64,000 nt of DNA, from contig OX597816.1 of assembly GCA_951406725.2 (NCBI GenBank), forward strand, positions 81,282,001 through 81,346,000. Reading direction: 5' to 3'. The notes beneath the pieces are model-generated. The model made no database searches, was not told the origin of the DNA, and saw only the letters and a list, made by a program, of their open reading frames with translations. The position numbers and the translations under genes are program-made. The first letter of the stretch is position 1. Every line of letters starts with the position of its first letter. This document shows, in pieces, positions 13,662-24,941 of the stretch. Origin of the DNA: Octopus vulgaris. Lineage: Eukaryota.

Positions 13662-14056
13662 GGCGCAGGAGTGGCTGTGTGGTAAGTAGCTTGCTAACCT
13701 ACCACATAGTTCCGGGTTCAGTCCCACTGCGTGGCATCTTGGGCAAGTGTCTTCTGCTATAGCCCCGGGCCGACCAAAGCCTTGTGAGTGGATTTGGTAG
13801 ACGGAAACTGAAAGAAGCCTGTCGTATATATGTATATATATATACATATGTGTGTGTGTTTGTGTGTCTGTGTTTGTCTCACTAGCATTGCTTGACAACC
13901 GATGCTGGTGTGTTTACGTCCCCGTCACTTAGCGGTTCGGCAAAAGAGACCGATAGAATAAGTACTGGGCTTACAAAGAATAAGTCGATTTACTCGACTA
14001 AAGGTGGTGCTCCAGCATGGCCGCAGTCAAATGACTGAAACAAGTAAAAGAGTAAA
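13662..14056 (+). mobile_element. tRNA-derived SINE family A, full length, with internal (TA)/(TG) tract
   Basis: A-box-like TGGCTGTGTGGTAAG, B-box-like GGTTCAGTCCC and tail CAGCATGGCCGCAGTCAAATGACTGAAACAAGTAAAAGA. Several near-identical copies occur in the window. Confidence 0.9.
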
Positions 14057-14084
14057 TACATACATACAAACAAACAAACAAACA

Positions 14085-15075
14085 AACAAAATCCTGACAA
14101 TAACTGGGAACTTCCACAGAAACAGTGATATTGACAGGCTCTACCTAAGAAGAAATGAAGGTGGTACAGGCCTCTGTGATACCTGCCGTATGGTATCACT
14201 CAGGCAGTACCTGCTAAACAACAACAGCAAAAATAAATATATTAATGCAGTCCTGAAAAGTGAAGTGAGCAACACTGTACGAGATGGCAAGTGCACTCCT
14301 CAAGAAACACTCTCTTCCTAATGATCTCCTATGCAGCCCCAAAACAGATGGACTCTCTTACCTCAGAGAAGACCTAGATACAAAGCACTCAGCATACAGG
14401 ATATGTTGCCCTGAAGCTTGAAGAAGACAGTAGAATTGACACAAAGCGCAGCCTCTCTTAGACACAAGACCACTACATCACATTGCACTTTGAAGGCTAT
14501 GCGTTTGCAATCCAGGAACAGGAGATTCCCACAAAATACCTGGTGAACAAGAGAGACAGTGACGCTCTTGTAATCCTAAGGTGCAACCGCTAGTGTAGGC
14601 TATGTCATGTTTCTGTGGAAGACATTACGCATATGATTAGCAGCTGTCCTAAAATGTCGTCACGGTACTACCTCCCTATGCGGCACGATGTTGTTGCTAA
14701 AATAATTTACAATGCCATCCGCAAAAAGGACTGTCCTGACATCCATAAACACCAACTCAGGGAATACTGGTGGAATATTCCCATCAAAACTTGTCAAATG
14801 TAAGCGTAACAGGCCGAATATTGCTGTTTGGGACAGAGGGTCAAAGGTGTGTACCATCATAGAGGTTAGCTGCGCTGCAGATATAAATATCTCTTAGAAA
14901 ATAAAAGAGGATATCTACGGACAACTGCTTCGAAACCCCCAGCTTCTATATCCAGAGTATGAATTCATATTCATACCAATAATAACTGGAGCACTAGGTT
15001 TCGTTAGTAAATGCTTAAAGGAGAATCTGGATAAACTGGGATTTTCAAAAAGAAAAACTGACCGGCTGATTGCTT
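14085..15075 (+). mobile_element. R4/Dong-type RLE non-LTR retrotransposon, 3' part (pseudogenised)
   Basis: KILTITGNFHRNSDIDRLYLRRNEGGTGL, FAIQEQEIPTKY, CCHC knuckle CRLCHVSVEDITHMISSC followed by RHDVVAKIIY, and RLE core NRPNIAVWD...CTIIEVSC, IPIITGALG. Confidence 0.88.
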
Positions 15076-15200
15076 ACATGGTTCTGGTTTCAATCCCACT
15101 GCGTGGCACCTTGGGTAAGTGTCTTCTACTATAGCCTCGGGCCGACCAAAACCTTGTGAGTGGATTTGGTAGACGGAAACAAAACAGAAGGAATCCCGTC

Positions 15201-15270
<70 letters not shown>

Positions 15271-15482
15271 CTGTAGAAATGAGTTGCGACGTCACAGGTG
15301 CCAAGCTGTATCGGCCCTTGCCTTTCCCTTGGACAACATCGGTAACGTGGAGAGGGGAGGCCGGTATGCATGGGCGACTGCTGGTCTTCCATAAAAAACA
15401 ACCTTGCCCAGACTTCTGCCTCAGAGGGTAACTGTCTAAGTGCAAACCCATGGTCAGTGTCTGACCGAAGGGGGTCACCACC

Positions 15483-15546
<64 letters not shown>

Positions 15547-15798
15547 ATGTATGTATGTAGGTATGTATGTATGTGTGTGTATATCTTCGTGTGTCTGTGT
15601 TTGTTCCCCCAACATCGCTTGACAACCGATGCTAGTGTGTTTACGTCCCCATAACTTAGCGGTTCGGCAAAAGAGACCGATAGAATAAGTACTAGCCTTA
15701 CAAAGAATTAGTCCTGGGGTCGATTTGCTCGACTAAAGGTGGTGCTCCAGCATAGCCACAGTCAAATGACTGAAACAAGTAAAAGATTAAAAGATTAA
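15076..15798 (+). mobile_element. 5'-truncated SINE family A with nested insert in its (TA)n
   Basis: Matches 13662-14056 from ACATGGTTC onward and is interrupted at 15270-15483. Confidence 0.88.
15270..15483. mobile_element. Unclassified GC-richer retroposon fragment inserted in (TA)n
   Basis: About 215 bp absent from the other family A copies, with (TA)n on both sides. Confidence 0.65.
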
Positions 15799-15929
15799 GC
15801 AATATATACTGAACGCAGAAATGCTGGTGATGGCAATTTTATTCGTAAAATAAGTAATACTTATCATGTGCAGACAAACAAATATGATATATTTCTCCCG
15901 ACAAAAATTACAAAATGAAATAGAAACAA

Positions 15930-16330
15930 ATTTCGAAGAGACTAAGCTGAATACAAATTGATTATCCTCAAAGAGGAATTAAAAGCTGTGAGTGGGAAAT
16001 TCTTTCATTGGAAAAAACTAACTCAAAGGCAAATAATAAACAAGGAATTCAGTCGAAATTAATAAGGTGCCTGAGGGAGATAAGGTGATGGTTAAAAGTC
16101 AGGAAAATACGGATTCATTATGGATGTAAATATGGATTACGGCAAAGGAGTTTAACTACGATACAATGTGATTGAGCCTACATTTCACAGAAGAATACAA
16201 TGTGTAATTTCACAGACAGAATACATTGTATAAACGGTGATATTTTCGAGACTAAGAAAGAAAGCAATTCAACATAGGAAAGCACAAGGGAGACTCTAAC
16301 TTATTGTCAGCTGCCAGTACAAAAACCTTT
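15930..16330 (+). mobile_element. R4/Dong-type LINE, pre-RT N-terminal remnant
   Basis: KLIILKEELKAVSGKFFHWKKLTQRQIINKEFSRN (cf. LK..L.A...R.....R...N..F..N), SLWM*IW.TAKEFN and HRKAQG (cf. NWKAPG). Confidence 0.5.
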
Positions 16331-16377
16331 CAAGGAAGTGTAAATATCGTTTCACTGGCAAAAACGAATCTAATGTC

Positions 16378-16585
16378 GTTACAAATTTTGGCACACGGCC
16401 AGAAAATTTGGGGGAGTAAGTAAGTCGATAACATCGACCCTAGTGTTCAACTAGTACTTATTTCATCGACCTCGAAGGGGATGAAAGGTAAAGTCGACCT
16501 CGACGGAATTTGAACTCAGAACGTAAAGACGGACGAAATGCCGCTAAGCATTTTGCCTGGCGTTGCTAACTACTTTGCCAGCTCG
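16378..16585 (-). mobile_element. Meta-domain SINE
   Basis: Reverse complement of the 10050 head and core (GATGAAAGGTAAAGTCGACCTCGACGGAATTTGAACTCAGAACG). Confidence 0.85.
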
Positions 16586-19492
16586 AAACAACAAATTTAA
16601 TATTAAAAGCAAAACCACTCAAAAGAAATTGAAGATGTGCTGAACAACTTGTAATCAACAAATGTGTGATGACAGAGGCGCGGTAGCATAGAATCTTTAT
16701 AGTTTGACTGGATTACAAGAAAGCATTGTGGATGCCAGAAGTCTTTCCACTTGCTTAACTTTCAGAAACTACAATCTGTCAAACTTCCATAATTCAACAT
16801 ATAACCAAAACTTCCTAAAGGTGAGAATATACCAGTAATTTCTAATACGTTATCAAAATTGCTTCATGAATCATTCAGGGCTATAAGTTATCACTACGGT
16901 TATTTTTCTTCTCATTAAACCCGTTATTGCGCCTATATACAAAAGTTGGTGTTTACACAAATACATATTCTGAATCCACAAATATCTGCTACCTTTTCTT
17001 TGTTGACGACCTGGAATTACATGAGCCAACTATTTACTGATTAAATTGATCTTTAAATTTATTTACGGTTAACCCAAAATAAACTTTGGATAGTGCTTTA
17101 TCAGCTGTAAATATTTTTACACAATAAACTATCGATTTCGAAAGACATGGATTATTTAATGGACTATTTACGTGATTAAGACAGTTACATGAGTGTTGAG
17201 TATGAGCTGTAGAAAGTTATTTAAGATGTTTACTATTGTTGCATACAATTTCTGTTTCAAAGTCATGTGTGCAGCTGAAGTTAAATTTAACATTAATTCT
17301 ATTAAAAATGCTATTATGTTTACTCTTCTACGGAAAGTATTTATCTTGTAAGTAAAAGTGATACTTAGCGATACGTAAACCTATATTGCGACTGAGTGAA
17401 GCATTGAACCAATTGATTTTACATTTCTCTTTATTTTTACATCTTAGAAACTTCATACAATCAGTACAACGTGTCTAAAATATGCTATTATCTATTTTGC
17501 TTCATTGTATAATGCGGTTATTCTACTGAACAAAGAGTTATCGTATAAGTGTATACTTAAATTTTTTTACTAAACTATTATGAAAAGCTGGCGATTTAAG
17601 GATGTGGGTATTGTAAGTTTTCACATGAATTCTTAGATGATAAGATTTAACGTTGTATTTAAAACAAAATAACTGTATATAAATTTTGTTTCAACCATGT
17701 TGAAGTCTAAGAGATCTTGTTTCAATATCTAATCGTTGAACATTCAAATTTTGTGAGGTGATTAGTCTATCTCGATCTAGGCCACATTTTAAACTGAACC
17801 TATTGTTTAAAAGACATAAATGTGTAAACCAAATCTCTGCAGAATCTAGGCCACCCAGTGCTACATACCAAAAATATGAGTCATCGAAACAAGTAATGAT
17901 TTTCTTACGTACATAATTATTTTCATATATGAAGGTTACAACTTTGTATTTTTATACACGGTAAACCACAAAACCCATTGTACAAGTACATTTAACTATA
18001 CTATTTGATGTTGTCAGAATGATATTTCATGATGCTATTGTCGTTCACTCGCTTTTATTTTTGATACATGAAGACAACAATAACGCATATCAGAAGAAAT
18101 ATTTTAATTTTTTAGATGATGGATGATTACTGAACGCAAACCGTATAGTTTTCAGGCGTTAGTTTAACAGAAAATAATTTTATTTGTTCAGATGTGTTGG
18201 AATGGAATGAAAGTTGTAACATGTACGGAACGGTATTGTTACAACTACTATCCCTTTAATAATTAATATCACTAATTGTTCTTTTCTTGGAACCATTAAT
18301 ATCAGCTTTAGAAAAGAATTCAATACACATAGAGAGAATTTTGATTTTGGATTGTGCAGATAATTTACAGTATCTAGAAAAAAATAAAAAAACATTTCTA
18401 AAATATATGTGGTAGGTGTGCATGTATTTCAGTTGTTAAGAGGGTTAGAATATGAAGATACTAGAACATATAAAAAGAGAGGTGAAATTAACGGGCAAAT
18501 GTAAAATGAGAAGGAGATAACTTGTATAAGTGAGGATGAGAAGAATTGAAAACGGTTTACAAATCGTTTAGAATTTTTTTAAATCAACTAGTTTATTTCT
18601 GCATATGAACTTATGTACGAGTGATTTCATCATATAGTATGTTCAAAGGGAGGTAATTGGAAGGAAAATATATAACATAAGAACTGGGGAAATGTCTGAT
18701 ATCGACAGGGAATGTAAGTGGATGATGTTAAATGTTAAAAGTTGTTGAAATAAGGTTAATGGAAGTATACATATTTACTAGTGTCCATTAACATTTAAGC
18801 TATGGAAGGGTTAGGAAAATTAAAATCATTGTAAGTAGGTAAATCGGTGAGGTTAGAAATCATGTAAGATTTTCAGTAGTAGTGTAATGAAGGTTAAATA
18901 AGTTGTGATATGGAGAAGTTATTATTACTATCTCACAATGACAAATTCAGAACGATAAACGGAGATGTTGTTAAATACAAAATGCGATGTTTTTTTTTAA
19001 TGTTGTTGTTGTTTTTTTTTTGGGGGGGGGCGTCTTTTTGTATAGAAACCAATAAGTGTTACACACACGAAATAATTACGGAATATAAGCTACGCATGCA
19101 TAAATATGGTTCAAGACGCCAATAGGTTAATAAACTTAAATTCCTAGTCAACTTGAACTTTACAATGTGCACAAATATAAACGTTTGTATATGTGTGTTA
19201 TAGGTATGTATGTATATGTGCGTATATATCAGAGACAACATATGAGATCGAGAAAATCTCAATACAGAGAACATCTGCAGCGCTCAAATGATTTCGAACT
19301 TACACTCCAAAATTTTCACTGGGGACCAAGTGAGCAGGATAAAGAGTAGCTATAAAGGGAATCCAAGTTAGCAGATATGGAGACAATTCAAGTAAACAGA
19401 TTAAATCATGGTTTTAATGTACAAAATATATATACATGTATACGTGCAAAAAAGAGAAGGTAGACTCAAAATTTTTTATGGTAAGCAATCAA

Positions 19493-19544
<52 letters not shown>

Positions 19545-19889
19545 CATGGAAAAATGCGAGCATGAAAAGTGATATTCTTAAGATTATAAACCTGGAAAAG
19601 TACAGGACAAGTTATTACTTCTAGTAAAGGAAAGAATAAGAAAGTTTTTACTTAAAATATTGCAATAAAGAATGCCAGTTCTTATTTATCACACTTTACA
19701 GTTCTCATCTTTTAAATTTATTGTACAAAACTGTTCAGCTAATTTGGAAGTTTGTCTAATTAGTCACTTTTTTCTGTATTTAAGGTAGTAAATTAGCCAA
19801 ATTCTACTTAAATAAGTATAGTGTTATTTGTAAACTATAATAAAATAAGTTTTAATATTGAAATTTTAATTTTAGCTACAATATTTTAA

Positions 19890-19979
<90 letters not shown>

Positions 19980-19991
19980 GTGTATTTTTAC

Positions 19992-20396
19992 CTTACTCTT
20001 TTACTCTTTTACTTGTTTCAGTCATTTGACTGCGGCCATGCTGGAGCACCACCTTTAGTCGAGCAAATCGACCCCGGGACTTATTCTTTGTAAGCCCAGT
20101 ACTTATTCTATCGGTCTCTTTTGCCGAACCGCTAAGTGACGGGGACGTAAACACACCAGCATCGGTTGTCAAGCAATGCTAGGGGGACAAACACAGACAC
20201 ACAAACATATACACACACACTTATATATATATACATATATACGACAGGCTTCTTTCAGTTTCCGTCTACCAAATCCACTCACAAGGCATTGGTCGGCCCG
20301 GGGCTATAGCAGAAGACACTTGCCCAAGATGCCACGCAGTGGGACTGAACCCGGAACCATGTGGCTGGTTAGCAAGCTACTTACCACACAGCCACT
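19992..20396 (-). mobile_element. SINE family A
   Basis: Near-perfect reverse complement of 13662-14056. Confidence 0.9.
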
Positions 20397-20529
20397 GGAA
20401 AAAAAACTAGTTACCAGGGCAGCAGTTTAATTAATTTATTCTTTCGAATAGTATCAGTGGAATTTTCGAAACATGTGTCGAAAGTAAAAATATTTGATTA
20501 CACCTGCGTTAAACTCTATTTATTTATTC

Positions 20530-20615
<86 letters not shown>

Positions 20616-20616
<1 letters not shown>

Positions 20617-20812
20617 AAGTTAATCCAAACATGAAAACACAACAACGCGAGGACGTAGAACAAATATAGTATTATTGGACGCTCAGGAAGGAAGGGAAGA
20701 AGGAGGGTTTTACGTTTCGAGCGGAGCTCTTCGTCAGAAACATAGGAAAAGGAAAGATCCAGAGAAGGAAAGACGGAGGAAAAAAATCGCCAACGGTACA
20801 CACGCGGTCACA
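20616..20812 (-). mobile_element. Short hammerhead-bearing retroelement fragment (Penelope pLTR or retrozyme-like)
   Basis: Lies between (TG)n and (TA)n, is homologous to 21853-22153 with the same left end, and contains the hammerhead at 20707-20741. Confidence 0.75.
20707..20741 (-). ncRNA. Minimal Type I hammerhead ribozyme motif
   Basis: Minus strand: GUUU CUGACGA A GAGC-ucc-GCUC GAAA CG UA AAAC. 4-bp stem I, 4-bp stem II, palindromic ACGU stem III, GUA site. Confidence 0.8.
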
Positions 20813-20813
20813 T

Positions 20814-20910
<97 letters not shown>

Positions 20911-21061
20911 TGCAGCTGTGGCTGTGTGGTAAGAAACTTGCTTCCCAACCACACGGTTCCAGGTTCAGTTCAACTGCGTGGCACCTTGGGCAAATGCTTC
21001 AGGCCGATCATAGTCTTGTGAGTGGATCTGGTGGACAGAAGCAGAAAGAAGACCGTCATAC

Positions 21062-21119
<58 letters not shown>

Positions 21120-21205
21120 GGAATTTACAAAAAAAAAACAAAAGACGAAGACAGGTGTGTAAACAACAAACATGTATTAGTTTAACGTTCGGGAAGTGAG
21201 AAAGT

Positions 21206-21241
21206 CTTTTACGTTTCGAGCCTACGCTCATCAACAGAAAG
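21206..21241 (-). ncRNA. Minimal hammerhead motif, A6U core variant
   Basis: CUUU CUGUUGA U GAGC-guag-GCUC GAAA CG UA AAAG. All stems are intact. Confidence 0.65.
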
Positions 21242-21299
21242 GAACACATAAATAAGCAGAGAGAGAAAATAAACAAGGTTTAGTGGCCAGCGATCAATC

Positions 21300-21554
21300 A
21301 TGGCGAATGCTGGACAGAGGTAGTCAGACAGGAGAAGCTAGGAAGAAGAGGAGATAAAAACGTAGTGGTGATCCCAAAGCGAAAGTGCGCGTGCGTGTGT
21401 ATGTGAGAGCGTGTATGTGCGTGTGGAAAGGGGCTGGCGACCTTGACGTGTGCGTGTGTGCATATGGAGGTATGTGGATGGGATCACCACTACCTTTTTA
21501 TCTCCCCTTCTTCCTAGCTCTCCTGTCTGACCACCTCTGTCCGGCATTCGCCAT
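21300..21554. repeat. Inverted repeat of about 75 bp (21300-21375 / 21480-21554)
   Basis: ATGGCGAATGCTGGACAGAGG...TAGTGGTGATCCC versus GGGATCACCACTA...CCTCTGTCCGGCATTCGCCAT. Confidence 0.92.
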
Positions 21555-21852
21555 ATATATATATATATATATATATGTGTGTATGTACGTATGTATGTAT
21601 GTATGTATGTATGTATGTGTGTATGTATGTATATGTTTGTGTGTCTGTTTGTCCCTCGAACATCGCCTGACAACCAATGTTGGTGTGTTTATGTCCCCGT
21701 AACCTAGTGGTTCGGCAAAAGAGACCGATAGAATAAGTAGTAGGCTTACAAAGAATAAGTCCTGGGGTCGATTTGTTCGACTAAAAGTGTTGCTCCAGCA
21801 TGGCCGCAGTCAAACGACTAAAACAAATATAAGAATATATATATATATATAT

Positions 21853-22153
21853 AAGGTTAATCCAAACGGGAAAACAGAAAAAACAACAACACGTGGAACA
21901 ATTAAAGTATTATTATTAGGCGCTCAGGAAAAAGGGAAGAAGGAGGGTATGACGTTTCGAGCGGAGCTCTTCGTCGGAAACATAAGAGAAAGAAGAAAGA
22001 AAGATCCCGAGGTGGGCGAACGGAGGGAAAAAAACGCGACTGGTTTTTACGAAGTAAACATGCTGAAAGGCCGGAAGTTTTGGATAACAGGGGCTGGTTT
22101 TTAAAGACAAAAGAGCGGAAAAAAGGAAGGTTGGTAACAACTCGATGAATGGG
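21853..22153 (-). mobile_element. Second copy of the hammerhead-bearing short element, TA-flanked
   Basis: Homologous to 20616-20812. Confidence 0.75.
21947..21981 (-). ncRNA. Minimal hammerhead motif, U4C variant
   Basis: GUUU CCGACGA A GAGC-ucc-GCUC GAAA CG UC AUAC. One mismatch in stem I. Confidence 0.65.
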
Positions 22154-22197
22154 ATATATATACATATACATATATATACATATACATATACATATAC

Positions 22198-22316
<119 letters not shown>

Positions 22317-22346
22317 AGCAAACTTACTTAGACACTTATCTATCCA

Positions 22347-22471
22347 CTCTGATGAAGGAGGCTGTGGAGTTTACCAATGTTCGTTTGCTTCTTTCACTGG
22401 ATGTAAATTTTGGGACAGCTACATCTGCCAACATTATGAAGTAACAATGAGCCCTCAGAAACAGCTGTCGG
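22347..22471 (+). ncRNA. Hammerhead motif with stem II region of about 100 nt (stem I decayed)
   Basis: CTGATGA (22349), GAGGCT...AGCCCTC, GAAA (22458), palindrome ACAGCTGT, GUC site. It lies in a (TA)n-flanked insert at about 22311-22540. Confidence 0.6.
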
Positions 22472-22536
22472 AATTGTAAGGCCCTTCTTCCCTCTAATTC
22501 TTTGAGTCAAGGTAATTTGAGTAAGTTTGCTCTTTA

Positions 22537-22595
<59 letters not shown>

Positions 22596-22651
22596 TTGAT
22601 TGTTTATCACCCGAAAATTTTGAGTCTGCTTTCTCTTTTTGCACGTATATA

Positions 22652-23157
22652 CCGTAAATCCTCGAGTATAGACCGCTCTTGAGTATAATACGCAGGGGAT
22701 TTTTAGGGGGCTGTACTTCTGAAAGACCTTAACCTTGTGTATAATACGTACCCCTTCTCTACCTTGAGTCGCGCGTAATTAAGCCAGCAGCACCTAGTCG
22801 AACAAGCACTTCAGCGCATGCGTAATACAATAACGGTGATGTTCTTAATTGTTATATGGGAATATAAATATGTTTTCAAATTGTTTTTGTTACATGTTAT
22901 TCTGTGTTCTGAATACTTTTATTTTAATAAATGTTGCTTAATGCAAGTTATGGATGATTCTTTTATGACTTCATTGTATTTATTTTCGCACCCGACATCA
23001 CAAAATGCGTCTGAATAAACATTGCCGGACAGCAAATAAAGACTCGGACATTTCTTAGAAAATATTTTCCATTTTCAACCTCGTATATAGTACGCACTAG
23101 GGATTTTGACCTTTAAATTTTGGGGAAAAAATGCAGATTATACTAGAGGATTTGCAG
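22652..23157. mobile_element. pogo/Tigger-like MITE
   Basis: TIRs CCGTAAATCCTCGAGTATA / TATACTAGAGGATTTGCAG, TA at both ends, and subterminal repeats of GAGTATAATACGCA. Confidence 0.8.
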
Positions 23158-23314
23158 TATGTATACATTTTGTAAATTAAAACCAAGATTTTATCTGTTT
23201 ATTTGAATCATTGTATATATAAAGTATGTATGTATGTATATATGAATGTATGTATGTATGTATGCATGTATGGATGTATGCATGTATGCATGTATGTATG
23301 TATGCATACATGTA

Positions 23315-23518
23315 CAAGGGATGTTGTAAAGTTCCTGGCTTTAAGGTATCGCGAAAGGCTTGGTTGGAGGCCCAACCTCCCGAGTTCTTTTACAGGGCTT
23401 AGAAAAACTAAAGGACCGTTGCAATAAGTGTGTGAATCTCAAAAGGAGAATATGTTGAATAAAATAATAATTAACTGATCCCACTGTTCTTTCTTTTACC
23501 AAAAGCCAGGAACTTTTT
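23315..23518 (+). mobile_element. Mariner-derived MITE (copy 1 of 3)
   Basis: TIR core AAAGTTCCTGGCTTT / AAAGCCAGGAACTTT. It retains a transposase C-terminus GLEKLKDRCNKCVNL..EYVE*. Confidence 0.8.
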
Positions 23519-23896
23519 CTTTGAGTTTTATTTAAGTTCTTGAGAGAGTTCAAGCCGGTCGCTAACAAAGTGACAAGATTTTTTGAGTTAAGAAAGTTCC
23601 CGGTATTTGTAAATATGTAGTTGAGTTAGTGTGTTGTTTGAACTGTCAATGTCGACAATCATATAACAAATGTCTTCATCTTTTGGTTGTATAAACACAT
23701 GTCAGTACACAATCCCCATAATCATGATCCTGCACTACCTTTAACCGAGAGGAGACATTTATTAATTTGTTGTAGTAAAAACTGCAAATTATTATCTAAT
23801 TTAAAAAGTCATCTTTGCAGCTCATTAACGAGAAACGAATATGCATTACTACGCTGATTTCTATCATTTATATTCACAAACACGTACGCACGCACG

Positions 23897-23943
<47 letters not shown>

Positions 23944-24440
23944 ACACAGACACACACAGACACACATACACACACACACACACGTGCATAAGTTGGTAGC
24001 GTCGTTAGAGCATCGAACAGAATGCCTTGCATTATTCATCCCAGTTCTCTGCACGCTGAATTTAAATTCTGTCGTGATCAGCTTTACCACTCATAGCCTC
24101 TGTCTAGAGAATTTACTCACAAGGCATTGGCACAGCGGGACTGAACCTAAAACTACGCAGTTGCAAAGCGAGATTTTTAACCAGGCAACTATGCCTGTGC
24201 CTATCGCCATTTAACCACACAACCATGCAAATACAGGTGTTGGACAAAATAATAGAAACACCACTTTTTATTCAATTATTTCTTCTATTATCAATATGAC
24301 AAATTCAGAACTGTTCTAATTTGTATATATGTGTTTGTATGGATTATGTATGACTTGTACTTCGTGAAATAGCCCTCTGTTTGGGGGAGGGGGGTTTACT
24401 TTTTTTTACTTCTTGCAGATATTGATATTAAATAAGTTAA

Positions 24441-24631
24441 GGCGGCAAACTGGCAGAATCGTTAGCACGCTTAGCGGCATTTCACCCGTCTTTACTTTGT
24501 CAGTTCAAGTTTCGTCGGGGTCGACTGCCTTTCATCCTTTTGGGGTCGATAAAGGAAGTGTCATAGGGGTCGATGTAATCGATTTACCCCTCTCTCGAAA
24601 TTGCTGACCTGGTGCCAAAACTTGAAACCAA
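24441..24631 (+). mobile_element. Meta-domain SINE nested in the Tc1
   Basis: Head, core and tail GCCAAAACTTGAAACC, flanked by a TTAAATAAGTT duplication. Confidence 0.85.
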
Positions 24632-24647
24632 TATTTAAATAAGTTGT

Positions 24648-24941
24648 GGAGGCACAATGACCCAGTGGTTAGGGCAGCGGACTTGCGGTCGTAGGATCGC
24701 GGTTTCGATTTCCAAACCGGGCGTTGTGAGTGTTTATTGAGCGAAAACACCTAAAGCTCCACGAGGCTCCGGCAGGGGGTGGTGACGAACCCTGCTGTAC
24801 TCTTTTTCTCACTCTTTCTTCTGTTGGCCTGCTCGCTTAGCCAGCAGGGTGGCGTCACTTGATGGCTAAAACAATGCGAAACGCATTGTGACCAGCGATG
24901 TGTAGCAACATCTGATAGCCTGGTAGGTAACATGATCACGT
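24648..24941 (+). mobile_element. Third tRNA-derived SINE family (tRNA-Arg-like head) nested in the Tc1
   Basis: A-box TGACCCAGTGGTTAG, B-box GGTTTCGATTTCC and a 15-bp TSD TATTTAAATAAGTTG (24632-24646 / 24942-24956). Confidence 0.85.

Larger units (their letters stand above)
20909..21835 (+). mobile_element. SINE family A split by a nested hammerhead-bearing insert (21117-21554)
   Basis: 5' half at 20909-21060 and 3' half at 21625-21835 match family A. The insert lies inside the internal (TA)n. Confidence 0.85.

Noticed and set aside
13662-13735. tRNA genes at SINE heads (also 24648-24722)
   Set aside because: They continue into SINE bodies and lack a convincing complete cloverleaf.
18420-18910. 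Possible very old Penelope or LINE RT remnants (also 6600-7050, 39780-40030, 61750-62370)
   Set aside because: Only compositional skew and faint motifs are present, so a profile-HMM search is needed.
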